Source: Amoebidium appalachense | Lineage: Eukaryota; Protista; Ichthyosporea | NCBI GenBank assembly: GCA_963693365.1 | Contig: CAVNZM010000013.1 | Location: forward strand, 2,567,817 to 2,631,816 | Direction: 5' to 3' | DNA length: 64,000 nucleotides | Shown: piece after piece, positions 1 through 35,082 of the stretch | How the letters are laid out: the number at the start of each line of letters is the position of its first letter | Position numbering within the stretch: the stretch's first letter is position 1 | Made by a program: the position numbers and the translations under genes | Notes under the pieces: generated by a model | The model's database searches: none | The model's input: only the letters and a program-made list of their open reading frames with translations | Told to the model about the DNA's origin: nothing

Positions 1-220
1 CCATCCAGCCCTCCCTCCCTCCCTCCCTCCCTCTCTTCCCCCTCCTCCCCTCCCCCCCCTCTCTCTCGCTCTGTCTTTCTCCCTCCCTCTTTCCCTCTCT
101 CTCTCTTTTCGTCTCTCCTTCTCTCCCTCCCTCTATCCCTCCCACCCTCCCTCCATAAAGCGCTCCCTCCCTCCCTCCCTCCCTCTCTTCCCCCCTCCCT
201 CCCCCCTCTCTCTCTCCCCC

Positions 221-298
<78 letters not shown>

Positions 299-415
299 CC
301 CCCCCCCCCCCCCCCCCCCCCCTCTCGGTGTGTGTGTGTGTGGGTGTGTGTGTGTGTGCGCGTGTGTGTGTGTGTGTGTGTGTGTGTGTCTTTTTGCTCA
401 CGTGTGTTTGCTCAG

Positions 416-16405
<15,990 letters not shown>

Positions 16406-16460
16406 CACGTGCACACACACACACACGTATGCACACGTGAGTGCGCACGTACACACACGC

Positions 16461-16537
<77 letters not shown>

Positions 16538-16961
16538 GCATAATCACGTACAGACTCGTCAATAGGCACACACACGTGTATGGAGGTTGGTATAAACGGT
16601 AAGGCTTGCACGCACGCGCATGGACCTTGGTATAAATACGTACATGTGCCTCAATAGATAAGCACGCATTGGAGCTTTATGAATTTGTACAAACACGTAC
16701 ATTTAAGTGCTGTACAAACAGGCACACGTACCAGCACACGAGCAGATGCAGATACACACGCGCCATACATGCATGGCATCATCAGGTGCACACGTCTTGG
16801 ACCTTGCACAGGTGCTTAGCTTGCAGTCTTGCGGGAGCTACCTTAAAAAATTTCATGTGTTTTTTTGGCAAAAAAAACACACCCGTAAAGCCTAAAATAC
16901 ATATGGAATGTGATCTTACAGCCAACGTTGAATATTTCGTGGGTCTGTAAATGCATGGGCA

Positions 16962-17010
<49 letters not shown>

Positions 17011-18886
17011 CACAGCTACGTGCGCTCGGTCGGTTAGAAGCTATAGGTTTCTAAAAATGTCAGTATGAGCTCATTAATGGATTTGGCTCTTTAAGTTATC
17101 GTCTAGATTGGAGACGACCGTGTATTTTTGTTAAGCTTAGTGCGGATTGTGACGGAAGAGGGATTGAACAGTAAATTGGTAATATATTCTTTTAGTGCCG
17201 ACGGTTGAGGTAGCAGATTGCTTAAGTGTATTACGTTAACTTAATGGGAGAGGCCTTGCTATTCAGGTGGTTTAATTGTAGATCTCTTTAGTGCCATTCA
17301 TGGATATAATGGCGTGGCTAAAATGGTGAAAACGGTGTAGGAATCATTAAATGCACCCAGGAAAGAAGACCTAAACACTACCTCGGGACTTGATATGGAC
17401 GTTTGTTGTCACCACACAGTCTTGATTATATTCAAATTTAGCGGTACTTTAAAAAAGGGGTTACCTATATCATGAGGGGTTGCTGGGTTCCATTAAGCTG
17501 CCTCGGTTGGAGCTAGCGGTACCGGGAAAGTGTGGTGCTGTAGGCACTGAATTTATGAGACGTATAGAAATAAAAAGACAGCGGTTACATGTACATGCAC
17601 CGTGTGTGTATCTGCGCGTTTCCACGGTGTCACGCTTGCAAGTGACTTTGGGACGGCGTGCAGCCATGTACATGTATGACATGTGTGAAGATGTGCGCTC
17701 TACGGGTGGGGTGGATAGGGGTAAAGTATTCTAGCTAGAAGAATACACACACACCCAGCCCCCTCGGGGCGGATGGTGGCCGCCATGATGCCTGGCGCAT
17801 AGTGGGCCAGGGTGGGTGGGTAGGGGGTGGGAGGGGTGGTGCAACAGTGCATGCGTGGTGGTGTGGGGGAGGGGGGGGGAAACAAAAATGAATGTATCTG
17901 GTGCCGCGGCAGTTGTATCATTGCAGCGTGCATGGCTGGCGTGCGCGTGTACAGTACATACATGCATTAAGGATCCGTGGGGAATAGGGCCCTGATCGAA
18001 TACAGTATGCACATGTATAGCTCCCATGCATGTTGTGTTTCCGCGCGTGCTTGTGTTTTTGACGATGTGTGTGCACGTGTGTGTGAGTGTGTGTGTGTGC
18101 GTGTGTGTGACGCTGTGCGTGTGCGTGTGCGTCTGTATGCATGTGTGCGTGTTGTCGGGTGGGTGCCACGGTGGTATGCCCCGCCTTCCCGCATATTCGT
18201 ACAGACCAGGTGACAGAGACAATAAGGTGGCATGGAAGGTCAATTTCTGGTGTTCACAAACCACCACCACATATATGTCAGTCGTCGCAAAACGGACTGC
18301 CATTTTCTTCGTTGGCTCACCATACTGCGTATCGTCTTTTTATTTGCCTGTGATTCAACCGTCTTATATGCAACACACGGAAAGAGGAGGTGCACGTGGT
18401 GTGCTCCTATATATGCCTGACGATGGACAAAAACATGATATATGGCAAAAAGTTTGGGTTGTAAATGCAGAAACGAAATCAACGAATCAAAAAAAAAAAA
18501 AAAAGAAAGAAGGCAACCCCGCACTCTTTAACCAAGTTACCGTAGGAGGAAAACAAGCACACAACACACCGTTGCGTGCCTGGATCGACGCATGGAACCG
18601 ATTGAGCAAAAACATTTAACCAAACTCTACCCCTATCAATCAGCTCCGATTATATTTCCGACACATTCCTTCTCCCTTTAAATTTAATTCTCTTCGCAAT
18701 ACCTTACTTGGGCTCAACTTCAAGAACAAACCACTAACCCAAGCCCTCCCTCCCCTCAATACTTCACATGAAAATTATTTCGTGTAACCCCTTAAAATCT
18801 TTAACCTCCCTCCTTCACTTCACTTCACCACTACTTCGAGGACACCCCTTGAACCCAACTCTCCCTCGATAAATTCACAGATAACC

Positions 18887-23554
<4,668 letters not shown>

Positions 23555-25644
23555 TTTCGAATCTTACGCCTGCTATCCGACGAAATCAAACTGAAAAAAG
23601 GAGAGTTTCTTTTAAAATCGATACCACCCGTGTTCACCAATCGATACCACCCGTGTTCACCGTAAGACTTTCAGACTATCCAGATGGGTGCATGTCTTTC
23701 AACATGCCCTTGCAATTAGTTGGAACAGGTGATAGGCCCACTTATTTTCTAGCTAATAAAAAAAAAACCTAACTTCAGCCACCACTACTAAAATAAGTCC
23801 GGAGTCTAATTCTTTTTCAACAGATCATGTTTTCGGGCGAACTCCGCAGACAGCTTTGGCATGACACCTGGAAAACTGAGTTGGTGCGATTGATCGACTG
23901 TCGACTGAGCCAAACTTTTTGGTTGTGAGGGTCCCAGTGGGGGTTTATTAATTTACAGAAATTACACAACAGCATTGCAGGGGCAAAATCGGCCTTGCGC
24001 CAAAAATGGCTGAGCCTTCAGAGGTGAAAGCCCAAATGCGTCCGAATTTATGCATGAGTCTGAAATATAATATAATTGGGGTTCATAAGCTATTATCGCT
24101 TGAAGCCCAAACATTCCATGTAGTCTAAATCATGTCCTAGTCTTATATTTTATCCCTAGTGACGCAGTTTTTTTCACAAACCCGCGGGGACGTCCGGGCC
24201 TCAGCATAGCTGGACGTAACTCATATTGTAGGTTTGCCCATGTAATACATATATGCAACACCTTCATTACATAGTATCTCAAATGCCATCACTCCTTCCC
24301 TTCTCCTCCCGTTCCCCCCTTCTCTCACTCGAGTCTCCCAGCCCAGAGACATTCTCACTTTCTAGGCTCACTCAGAACCATCTAGCCCTCTCTCTTTCTT
24401 GCTGCTTCCCCCCCCCTCCCCCCCCCTCCCCCCCCCCCCCCCCCCACTTTCCTCCCCCTCCCCCCCCCCCCCCACTTCTCTCCGACGCGCGCACTCTATC
24501 TCCTTCTCCCCCCTCTATCTCTCTCACTCTTCTTAGCTATAAAGGTTGTGAGTGTGTGTTGTCTGTCTGTCTTTCTGGTCATCTGTTTTTCTGTCGCTTC
24601 TTCCCACCTGCCTCTAGATCCTTCCTCATCGCCCTGTCTTTTACACTCGCTTTATCGGGTGCAGCCTGTACCTCTCAGTGCCGATTCCGTTCACGTGTCC
24701 ACTTATTGTTTGCCGTGGCCATGGTTACACCGGATATATCTAGGTGTCGCAAGTATACCGAGGGCATCTGCTTGTGCAATGTGCTGACTGTGATTGCACA
24801 CTTGTACCAACTTAGTAACCGGTCTGTGGCACCATCTAAACCGCCCACCTTCAGAGGATGTATGTACCCCGTTGACGTTGGTAGGATTCGAAGGGGGGGG
24901 GGGGGGGGGGAGAGGGGTTTTTTTCTTTTTCTTTTTTTTTTCTCCTTCGGGGAAGGGGGGGGGGGGGGGGGGGGGGGGGCTTTCAACTTATGCTTAGTCG
25001 CTGCCCTATCATTCAATTTGGAATCATAGCCTCAGGGTGTACATGGGTTGCTCTTTTATTAGTATATCATACCGAAAACCCGAAACGCGTCGACCAAGGG
25101 GTTGCGCAAAGGTAATGCTGTGTAGATAGGTGGTGTGAATCATACTTTAATACTAGTAGAATCACTCTGAAGAACTGAACGACAAAGTGTAAGGTGCACT
25201 TGTCACCCACGAGGGTATTAATGATCCTGAGGGGTAAAGGGGGAACGTGTGTACATGTGTGTGTCTGTGCGTGTTCACACGATGTACGTGTGGGTATGCA
25301 AGTGTGTGCGTGTCTGTTTGCATGCAAGTAGGCCGTGTGTTTGAATGTGCATGCACGTGTGCGTGTGTGTGCGTTCGTGCGTGTGTGTGTTCGTGCGAGT
25401 GTGTGTGTGCATGCACAGTGTGTGCAGTGTGTGTGCGTGTGTGTCTGTCGGCTTGTGTTGGTGCGCGTTCGAGTACGTATGTCACGCGTGTTTGTGTGCA
25501 CACACAAGCACAACTACGTCCGCTTGCCTGCGTGTGTAAGTGTAGCCGTGTGGCCGGGTAGGGGGGGTGGGGGTGGGGCGGGGGGAGGGGAGGATATGAT
25601 ATCGTGTGCGTGGTGGTGTTAAGAACTTCTGTGTAAGTGTGTGT

Positions 25645-25675
<31 letters not shown>

Positions 25676-25773
25676 GAGGGGGGGGGGGGGGAGAAGAGAG
25701 AGGGAGAGAGGGGGAGAGAGAGAGAGAAAGTAAAAGAGAAGAAGAGAGAGGGGGGGGGGGGAGGGGGGCGGAA

Positions 25774-25805
<32 letters not shown>

Positions 25806-25825
25806 GAGAGCGAGAAAGAGAGGGA

Positions 25826-25922
<97 letters not shown>

Positions 25923-26987
25923 GGGAGGGGGGGACGGGGGGGGGGGGGGAGAGGGGGGAGAGAGGGAGAGAGAGGGAGGGAGAGCGAGAGGCGGGGGGGG
26001 AAGGGGCGGGGGGGAGGAAGGAGAGAGAGATATATATATTATTGCTTCAGGTGCACTAAGGCCGTGATAGTAACGGGTCCGGCCGGGCCCCGCGGGGGCC
26101 GGGGCACTGCGCCATGCATGACATAAGTGAGTCAGGTGACGGCCGTGCTAATCACCCTAGATCTTTCCGCCGAACCGTCAACCCAATGGCAAAGCGGCTG
26201 CTTGTGAAACCATCCAATCATTTACTTCCACAAATCATATCTCTCCCTGGTGTCTGCCTGTTGAACAGCTCAGAGCTGCTGAGCCCGACGGATGTGCACC
26301 AGCACAACCGCTGCTTAATTCAAGAGCTATGGGTTACCTGCTTTATATGTTTAACCAAAAACGTTAATTGCTTTCCTCACAATTCTTTAGATACAGAGAG
26401 AAAATAATAAGCAGTTTGCTACTTGTTTCATTTGCTTGCCAGATTTCGACTTTGGGTCACCAAATACATTACAGTATTTCCATTCCTCCCCCGCCCTCCC
26501 CCTTTTAATCATTTCATTATTTTTTAATAAATTGGACAACATACAGCTTCTTTCTTATCTGTTCATGACATGTAAGGAATTTTTTATAATGACTTTATTG
26601 ATGTGCTTGTCAAGGTAGAGGCAACACAGTGATGGAGATATCACAGATATCTCAGCGAAGGAGAAAGGAAATTTTGTTTTCTTGAGCACTTTTGCCAAAG
26701 CTTTCAAAGTGAAAGTGGGTACCCTACAACGGTGCCGCAACTTACATAAATTTTTTCCAGTGCCTATACGTAGTTCTTATCCTGAATCAAAATATAACAG
26801 ATGAAGCATTTTTTTAATAATAGTATGAGACATTGGTATTACTGCAAAGGCTTTAAGGATTGCACACAATCGGACTGAGTTGGCAACTGGCAAGTTGGCA
26901 TGTGGACTCGGAGGGTGGGGGGGGGGGGGGGGGGGGGAGGTTGAACAAGAAAAAAGCATACATGTGGGACCCCCCAAACCCCCGTCT

Positions 26988-27102
26988 CTCTAGACTATAC
27001 TGGATAGAGATCTATGGATAGGAGAGGTATGGTCAACCCCCCCCCCCCCCCCCTTGACCATACCTCTCCTATCCATAGATCCCTATCCAGTATAATCTAG
27101 AG
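26988..27102. repeat. Foldback inverted repeat: ~49-bp arms (2 mismatches) around a poly-C loop
   Basis: CTCTAGACTATACTGGATAGAGATCTATGGATAGGAGAGGTATGGTCAA-(C)n-TTGACCATACCTCTCCTATCCATAGATCCCTATCCAGTATAATCTAGAG. Confidence 0.9.
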
Positions 27103-27423
27103 GGGGGGGGGGCTAAAAAAGATCGATTCGCGGTTTAGGGGGTAATGTAAGATCGTAAACAAGAAAGCTGACAGTGTCACAGCTTGTGCACGAGTCGCAA
27201 TGGCATATAAACTGTCTTCACGAACTAGTATAATAAACTGCCATTGTAAAAAAACCACGTCATGATAATCTCGTGGATTGATGTTTCCTCTTTCTTCCTT
27301 TTCTCTTTTTGTGGAAAGGTTGCCGGAGAGCATCCGGGCTTTAGACAGTGTCACAGCAATAAATAGTGTGTAAACCCACTGTATACCGTAACTCACTGAG
27401 TCACCACAGCCTGATATGATAAC

Positions 27424-27616
27424 GGGGTTTACGCTGTTTACTCGAGGCAAAGAGAACCAGTCTCAGGTATGGGGGGGGGTTTTGCTCGGAATATCCCCTC
27501 AGCGGTATATCATGATCACGTACATAGATGTCGGGTGGTGACTATATATCAGGGTTTACTTTCTCTACGAGACACCATAAAGACTACAAGGAGAAATCAA
27601 TTAGTTGGGGTTCCCC

Positions 27617-27664
<48 letters not shown>

Positions 27665-27697
27665 GGGGCTCCCCTCGGGACACTCGGTATCAGCTGG

Positions 27698-27758
<61 letters not shown>

Positions 27759-28971
27759 GTGTGTGTGTGTGCGCGTGCGCTATAATTTTGTAGTGATGTG
27801 TTTCTCAAGCCAATCAATACATCTAATAAACAGGTCGTAGTTACGCGTGTTTAGTATAAAATCAAGGATGTTGTAATTTACAGGTAGGCTATCTTTCTGG
27901 GTGTCTGTTGTGAATGTGACGTGTGTGTGTTGCGGTATTATGTGGTCTATCAAACTACATTTGGCGATACATGACCGGTTAAACTGGTGTGTGTGTGTGT
28001 TGTTTGGGCATGCAAATGATGCCACCTTATACTTATTAGATCTCCACTGTATAGCACGTGTACAGTAAAAGCGTGGTAATTGATCAATAATACCATCAGC
28101 TAGAGAAAGACCAGTTCTACAGGAAGGTAATATGTATTTAGGTGTTATACACTTGCGAGTGCCATATTTGGCAATATGGTTGAGGCGGTCAGTATATATA
28201 AAACGAGACATAAGGCTTAGTTTTTCAAGGTGTATGCTTTCATCGGGTCTAGTGTCGTGTGGTATCTTTTTCCATTTGTTATATTGCGTGATTATCTTGT
28301 GATTGTGTACATGTTTAACAAGTAAGTGGCAGTCCAAAGTCACACACACACTATTGCGGGGTTTATTTGTATTTGTGCCCAGGGGAGAAGGGGAGAGAGA
28401 GGGGAGGAAAGAGGGGAGAGGTGAGGAGGGGACAGGTCGGATAGAGAAGAGAGGGTGGGAGGGCAAATACTTCTTTAAGCGGCTTATGTGCTTATTGAAT
28501 TTCAGCGCGAGATAGGATACTCTAGCAGCTATTGGGACCAGACCATATATCGAGAGCGTTACAGGCCCAGGTTTACAACAGTTGTTAGATAGAAAGGAGG
28601 CAACTTCTGCTTCAAGGAAATTTGCCAGGGGTTTAAGCGCTCTAGTTCTCTCTTTCTTGATCCAAGCGGCGAGAAGGGGTAAACCATATTCACATGCCGG
28701 GAAGACAAAAGTGCGAATAAATGTAAGTCTAATAGAAGGATGGAGGGGTGTGTCTTTAAAAATATTAGCCGAGAAGAAAGCTAACCGCTTACGAGCCAAC
28801 TCTACCCTCTTTTCGACCATATGGGGAAACATAACACCAACAGAATCAACCGGAACACCAAGATATTTGTATTCTGGAACTATAGGTGCAGGTTTAGATG
28901 ATAATGTAAATGTGTGTAAATTGTTAGCTATATCAGGTACAAGAACACCACATTTGTCTATGTTAAGGATC
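27424..28971 (-). mobile_element. 5'-truncated non-LTR retrotransposon, copy 1 (RT C-terminal/thumb region plus 3' UTR), 9-bp TSD
   Basis: Minus-strand frame ILNIDKC..VPEYKYLGVPVD..FIRTFVFPACEYGL (late RT domains and thumb) open to TAG at 27780; flanked by TATGATAAC at 27415-27423 and 28972-28980. Confidence 0.88.
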
Positions 28972-29776
28972 TATGATAACAGAATTTCAGAACCCCGTTC
29001 GATTCGACAATTTCACAGGCTTCGGAATTTCTTTTTATAATGACTTTATTGATATGCTCATGAAAAGAGAAGCAATCCGGAGATATCACAGATATCTCAG
29101 AGAAGAAGAAACAAAAAATCTCGGAGACTCGGATGGCCATTGGCATTTGGCAATTTGACAAACAGGCATCTTTTAGCAAATACACCGTATTTCAGGGGGG
29201 AAAAAAGCTTTAACTCGATTTTGCACCTTTATGGAACTATCATAGGTGCTCGCCTGCTCGGCCATATGACCATTGACTCAGTAGCTAGTCAGAACAGTAG
29301 TTTAAACTTTTGCCTTTTTCAGGTTCTTCTTCCGGGGTTGAAAGAGTGTAGGGTGAACGATTAAGACCTTAGTCATACACACGTCATGCCAAACAGATGC
29401 GGGACTACACTAAATAGGCGGGTGGGGATGACGGAGCCTCGTTTTTCCTTTGCAAACTACACATAGTAAACATAGTAATATATTTCTGAATGTCTGTTGT
29501 GACATGGTAGACATGAGAGGCAAGAACTAAGCCGTCTCCCTCTTTATAACTTAACTCCCACAGGCTTTGAAGTTGGATCTGAAGGAGTTTTGGTAGCTTT
29601 TTCTCAAGTTAGGCAGCTTGAAATGAATTGGGCTGACAGGCATTAAATGTATTTCACTTCGTTTCTTCCCTCTCCTTTCACCCGTTGCTCAACACACCTC
29701 CATGAGACTATAGCGCTATTACATGAGCAAGGCAGTCACATAACTTCCCACCTTCATTGCTCCTTAATCTTCAAAC

Positions 29777-30409
29777 ATGACTTCTTCTTCACGTTTTCTG
29801 GCCGTGAAAGCCGGGGTAAGGCGTCTGTTACGTGTGCGAGCAAGTCCCACAGCTACACGTTCAGCACCCCAGACACAGACACACACAAACACAACACAGA
29901 TTAGCACAGTCACGTCCGTTTCAGAAGCAGAGCCCTTTTTCGCGAACGAGAAAGACACGGCTACAGAGGCGGCCAAGCACGAACGCAAAGACGCACATGT
30001 TGCTGCAGATCCGGTAAAATTACCCGCGGAGCAAACGTTTCAAACCCTTGCAGAGGAATACACGTGGATTGTATCACAGTCGGCAGCTTTGGGGTCTCCG
30101 TGTGCGGTTGCCATGCAGCCAGAAAACGCGAGGAGAAATAGGTGAGTAGTCATGTGCACACCTTTTTAACAGGAAAAGGACGTGGGTGTTACGGTGTGTG
30201 CGTGTGTGCGTGTGTGCGTGTGTGAGTGTGTGCGTGCGTGCGTGTGCGCGCGTGTGTGTGCGCGCGCGCGTATGTGTAGGCTCGTGCGCCTGAGTGTGTG
30301 TATGATTGTATTTGAGCATGCAAATGGTTCATGCTCTGAAGCTCAGACGGACAGTTTACTCGCGAGTGACACAACACCTGTAACGTGTGCGCCCTCATCC
30401 TTGTGTGTG

Positions 30410-30483
<74 letters not shown>

Positions 30484-30906
30484 CTCTTTCTCCATTTTGT
30501 CAAGTTATCCGTATATCGTTTCCCTGATAATGTGTCTTCGGCACCTCTCATGTAGCGCTTACGCTTGGGCTGCGCTTGTAGCGGCTATTTTTGGTCCCTT
30601 CAAGTTATGAGTTTTCTGGTATACATGGGCTTTTGAATTGCTTATGGTTTAGACAATCTGGTTTTTCTATGCAATTATGTTGGAAAAGTAGTGCACGTAG
30701 GCACCCCCTCGCACACACGTGCACACTCAGACACATAAACACACAACACGGTTCGACGAAAGCTTTTTTGCTCCATTTTCTGTGTCTGTAAGTAATGCGG
30801 TTATTCACGTTGTGGTGTTTCTTGGTGGTTCTCACGATTAGTCTCTCTGTATTACTACCTTGTGTGTGTTCTACAGACAGAGTTACAAGAAGATTTCCCC
30901 CTCCCC

Positions 30907-30937
<31 letters not shown>

Positions 30938-31196
30938 AACCAAAAAAAAAAAAAACCAAATCCCTCCCCTACCTCCCTCCCTCCCTTCCTCCTCACCCCA
31001 TCCCACGGTACTGAGGATGCCTCGTGACATCAGAAAACGGCCAATTTGCTTTCCGATTGCGGCATTTTGGAGTGTAGATTCGAAGCATTTTGAAGCATAG
31101 ATTCGAAAAGTAGAGAAGAAAAGTTTTGCTGGCATCTGTTGCTTGCTTGGGGTCTGATCTGAATACTCTGCGCAGAACTGCCCCCCTCCCCCCCTT

Positions 31197-31228
<32 letters not shown>

Positions 31229-32770
31229 TCCCCCCTCTCTCCCCCTTTTACGGTTTCATAAAGGCGAAAAACAATGGGAATGCCATTGTATCTTGTTTCG
31301 AAGTAGGAATGCAATAAACGGTGAATACAAATAAGTGTTAAAGGGTGGATTGGAGCAACCAAAACACCTTTTTCTGGGTAAGGTTGTTTGCAAAACGAGA
31401 CACTGAAAACACGCACGTTCACCCTCAGGTATGGAAACATCCTTCCCTACGACACGCACCGCGTGTGCCTCACCCCCCAAGATGAAAAATGGGAGAGGGA
31501 CTACATCAACGCCAGCCACCTTCGAATCGAATCCCCCGCGGGTACGCACTACTATATAGCCACGCAGGGGCCTCTTCCGCATACCATTGGTGATTTCTGG
31601 CGAATGGTATGGGAGCAGGACGCAAACATTGTTGTGATGTTGGCAAACGAGTACGAAAGCGGGCGGCCAAAATGCGCGAGATACTGGCCGGAACAGACCG
31701 GAAACAACAACGTGATGAGGTGGGGGAATTTCTTTGTTCGGCTGGAACAGGAAATTGTGAAGGGGGATTTTACCGTACGCCTATTAACTCTGGTGAACAC
31801 CGCCGACGGGAAGGTGCGCCCCGTTGCGCAGTATCACTATACGGAGTGGCCAGATTTTGGGGTCCCCTCCTCTGGCGATTCCCTCCTGCAGCTAATAAAG
31901 GAGGTGCGGTGCTGGACGGGGGGAATTGCGACCACCCCCACCGTAATTCACTGTAGCGCGGGGGTCGGACGGACGGGGACGTTTTGCGCCGTAGACGTGA
32001 CGTACGCGTGCCGCGGGCTGAAAAAATCCCCCCAGCTTTTGAATTTGGTGCTGCAAATGCGAAGGCAGAGAATGGAAATGGTGCAGGGGGTGGACCAGTA
32101 TTCTTTTTGCCACAGGGCAATGCAATCGATAATGTCGCCATCGTGCGGGAGTTTCATGTCGCGGGGGGGTTCTTTACGACGCGAACATTCGTTCGGTGAG
32201 GGGTTCCAAAAACAGAGACTATCGGTGAGGGCGAGCCGAACTTTGTCCATGATTGACTTAGGGGATGTGGGTTTGGTTTCAGACCCCCCTGCAGACTCGA
32301 AAAGCAAAGCAAAATTCCTGTTTTTTTGGCAGCCTGAAAATTCGTCCACGTTGAAATTCATTCATTCAGTGCGCAAGCAGCAAGTCCAGCAACAGCAGCA
32401 GCAAAAACAACGATCGTTGAATTCCGAAAATGGAACTCGCCGAAATTCCCGTGTTTCAGATCAGCGCGCGGAAAAGGCCGAAGGGGTAGTGAAGGTGCGG
32501 TCTTCGTTGCCTGCCGATGCACTTCCCGCACACATGGTTGACGTCATCGATTTGCGGCGTGTTTCGCCTTCCGGGTCGAACCCGGATCAGCATTCCGGTT
32601 CGTATTCGAAATTGGCCCATAAGGACTCTGTCGGGTCGGGTTCATCGCTTTCCTCCACCTCCCCGACACAGAACAAAGTCAAGGGGGGGTCCATATATAG
32701 ACGCCCGATAGTACTCCCTTACCATGAACACTTGGAGCAGGGGAAGGGCCAGGCGTCCGTTTTTAAATGA
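29777..32770 (+). CDS. Classical non-receptor protein tyrosine phosphatase; exons 29777-30141 and 31429-32770; ~568 aa
   Basis: Splicing AG|gtgagt...ctcag|G rebuilds ENARRNR-YGNILPYD (KNRY motif). Also DYINAS, YIATQGPL, DFWRMVWEQ, KCARYWP, WPDFGVP, HCSAGVGRTG and the Q-loop MVQGVDQY; Ser/Gln-rich C-terminal tail. Confidence 0.95.
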
Positions 32771-32988
32771 GATTCGGTGCGATTTTTTGGTCCAAAAGCG
32801 CCAAATATGGTTATCTGTATCGAATTCGTGTTGTATGGTTGTATATTGTGAATATTTTTGTACATTGAGGGTTGTTTAATGCGAGGCGGTTTAGAGACTT
32901 AAAGATGCTGGAGGTGTCTGCAAGACACAGCTGCACAGGCATACACATACTCATCCACACAATCGCGCGCATACGTGCACGCGTATTC

Positions 32989-33054
<66 letters not shown>

Positions 33055-33649
33055 CACACACACATGCACATACATACACATACAAGTAGGTAACAAAAAA
33101 CACACGATTAGGTTAACTTGACACACCGTGAATTGTCGTAACTGTGAACATGGTACTGTGAGTTATTTATAAAAAGCCTTTTCATTGCCTTTTATACGCA
33201 CATCGTGAAATAGAATTGTGAAGAATGGGCAGAAACGATATATGCTCATTATCTTGTTGGATATGTGTTGGCTACTAGTATTATATAAATGACCTGCACA
33301 GGCTGAGGAGGACCCGTAGTTATTTCGCTGCTATTTCTGTGTGTATCTCTTACTTGATCGCAAACAAAGGCCTTAACAGTGCCGAGTGCCATAGTATCAT
33401 CTAGGAACATACAATAGTTCCCTTGAAATTTGAAATTTCAACGATGCGCCCTTGGAATTTAGGTATTTCCACCGCCGCTGCATGTTTTGACCACAAAATT
33501 TCAATCGCGATGTGGTGGCAATAAATCGAAGCCAAGCCACCTCTATATTCTGATCTTAGGCTTTGCTTCACTCTGTTCGTTTTATGGTAATGCTAAATTA
33601 TACGTCTGCCAAACACATTTTTCTTTCAGCTCAGTGCAAGACCCCCCCC

Positions 33650-33681
<32 letters not shown>

Positions 33682-33768
33682 ACAAAAAAAAAAAAAAAAA
33701 AAAAAAGTAAAGTTCCCGGCGGCCCAGAAAAAGGACCCACAGGACAGGGGGGGAAGGGGCCCGGGAAC

Positions 33769-33800
<32 letters not shown>

Positions 33801-33874
33801 AAGTGTGTGTGTGTGTGCGCGCGTGTGTGCGTGGGTGTTGTTGTCGTGGGATGGAGGGGGTGGGTGGGTGGGGT

Positions 33875-33905
<31 letters not shown>

Positions 33906-34188
33906 AGGGGCAGCGGCCGGGGGGGGTGGGGGGAGGGGGGGGGGGAGGAGGGGAGGGGGGCAGGAGGAGGAGTCGAGCGCCACCCACTTTGTACTTCAAC
34001 CTGGCACTTATGTTTACGTATGGTACGGTGTTTTCTAATGGTTTTTTTGATAGACAGCAATGATTCGCCCCAGCACGTGTTTCTTTATATCACAATACGC
34101 GCTTTCTAGAAAAGAAGATCACATCAGTGTGGTCAAAGCCTAACATCATCGAACCTGGCATCCATATGACGGGCAAATGACGTCATCT

Positions 34189-34375
34189 GGCCAAAAGATG
34201 ATAACCCGAAACCGGAGTGGAAAATTTAAATCGAATAAACTAAAATCCGATGACTCAGAGCCGATTGGTCCCGAAATTCCACTTTTAAATTAGAAATCAA
34301 GCCTTGTGATTGGATCCGTAATTCCACTTGAAACAAATCCCTTTTTTCTGGATAATCACTATTTGGCCCTATGTA
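34189..34375. mobile_element. MITE-like ~170-190 bp element, copy 1
   Basis: Second copy at 41459-41624; imperfect terminal inverted repeats GGCCAAAAGATGATAA / T(A/T)ATCAC..TTTGGCC; both copies end GGCCCTATGTA. Confidence 0.6.
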
Positions 34376-35050
34376 GGCCGATGCCGATCATGGACACTCA
34401 CACGTCACCACGAGAAATCCCGACTCAGGGTTTTCCTAATATGGTTATCAGTTACCACATCCAATGATACGTTAAGACGCGTTGAAGTTGTAATGTGTTG
34501 ATATAAGGTAATGTTAGGGGTATCTATGTGTATTGGGGTCCGTCTAACATGTTGGGCAACTGGGGGCGCCCAGGGGGAGGGGGGGGGGGGGGGGGGGGGG
34601 GAGGAGGGTGGTTCCATGCGAAACTGAGCCTTATATGCATAGTAACGGGCCGGGGGATAGGGGGGGGAGGGGCGAGGTACATGCTAAACTAGCCTTATTT
34701 AGTAATAACCGGGCCCGGGCGGGGGGCGGGGAGGGGGGGGGGGGGGGGGAGGGGAAAGGGGGGAGGAGGGGGGAGGGGGGAGAGGTGGGTTCCATGCGAA
34801 CCTAGCGTTACTAATACATAAGGGCAGCAGATGCAGAAAAACAGGGGAGGGAGCTAGAGAGGGGGAGAGGGGCGGGGGGAGGGAGCAGGCGAAGCAGATA
34901 CATACCATCGTCCTCTCCTCATAGCCCCTCCCCCCCCCCCAAAAAAAAAACAAAAACAAAAAAAAACCGCCCCCCTCTAAGACTCCTCCCGGATGTCACC
35001 TTCTCTATCCTCCATTGATCCACTAGAAAACGCCTCACGATATAGCCCAG

Positions 35051-35082
<32 letters not shown>

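Noticed and set aside
26069-26110. GC-rich hairpin as a Helitron 3' end (similar GC-rich stretches near 34640-34720 and 48880-48910)
   Set aside because: No correctly placed CTRR terminus or matching 5' TC end could be established.
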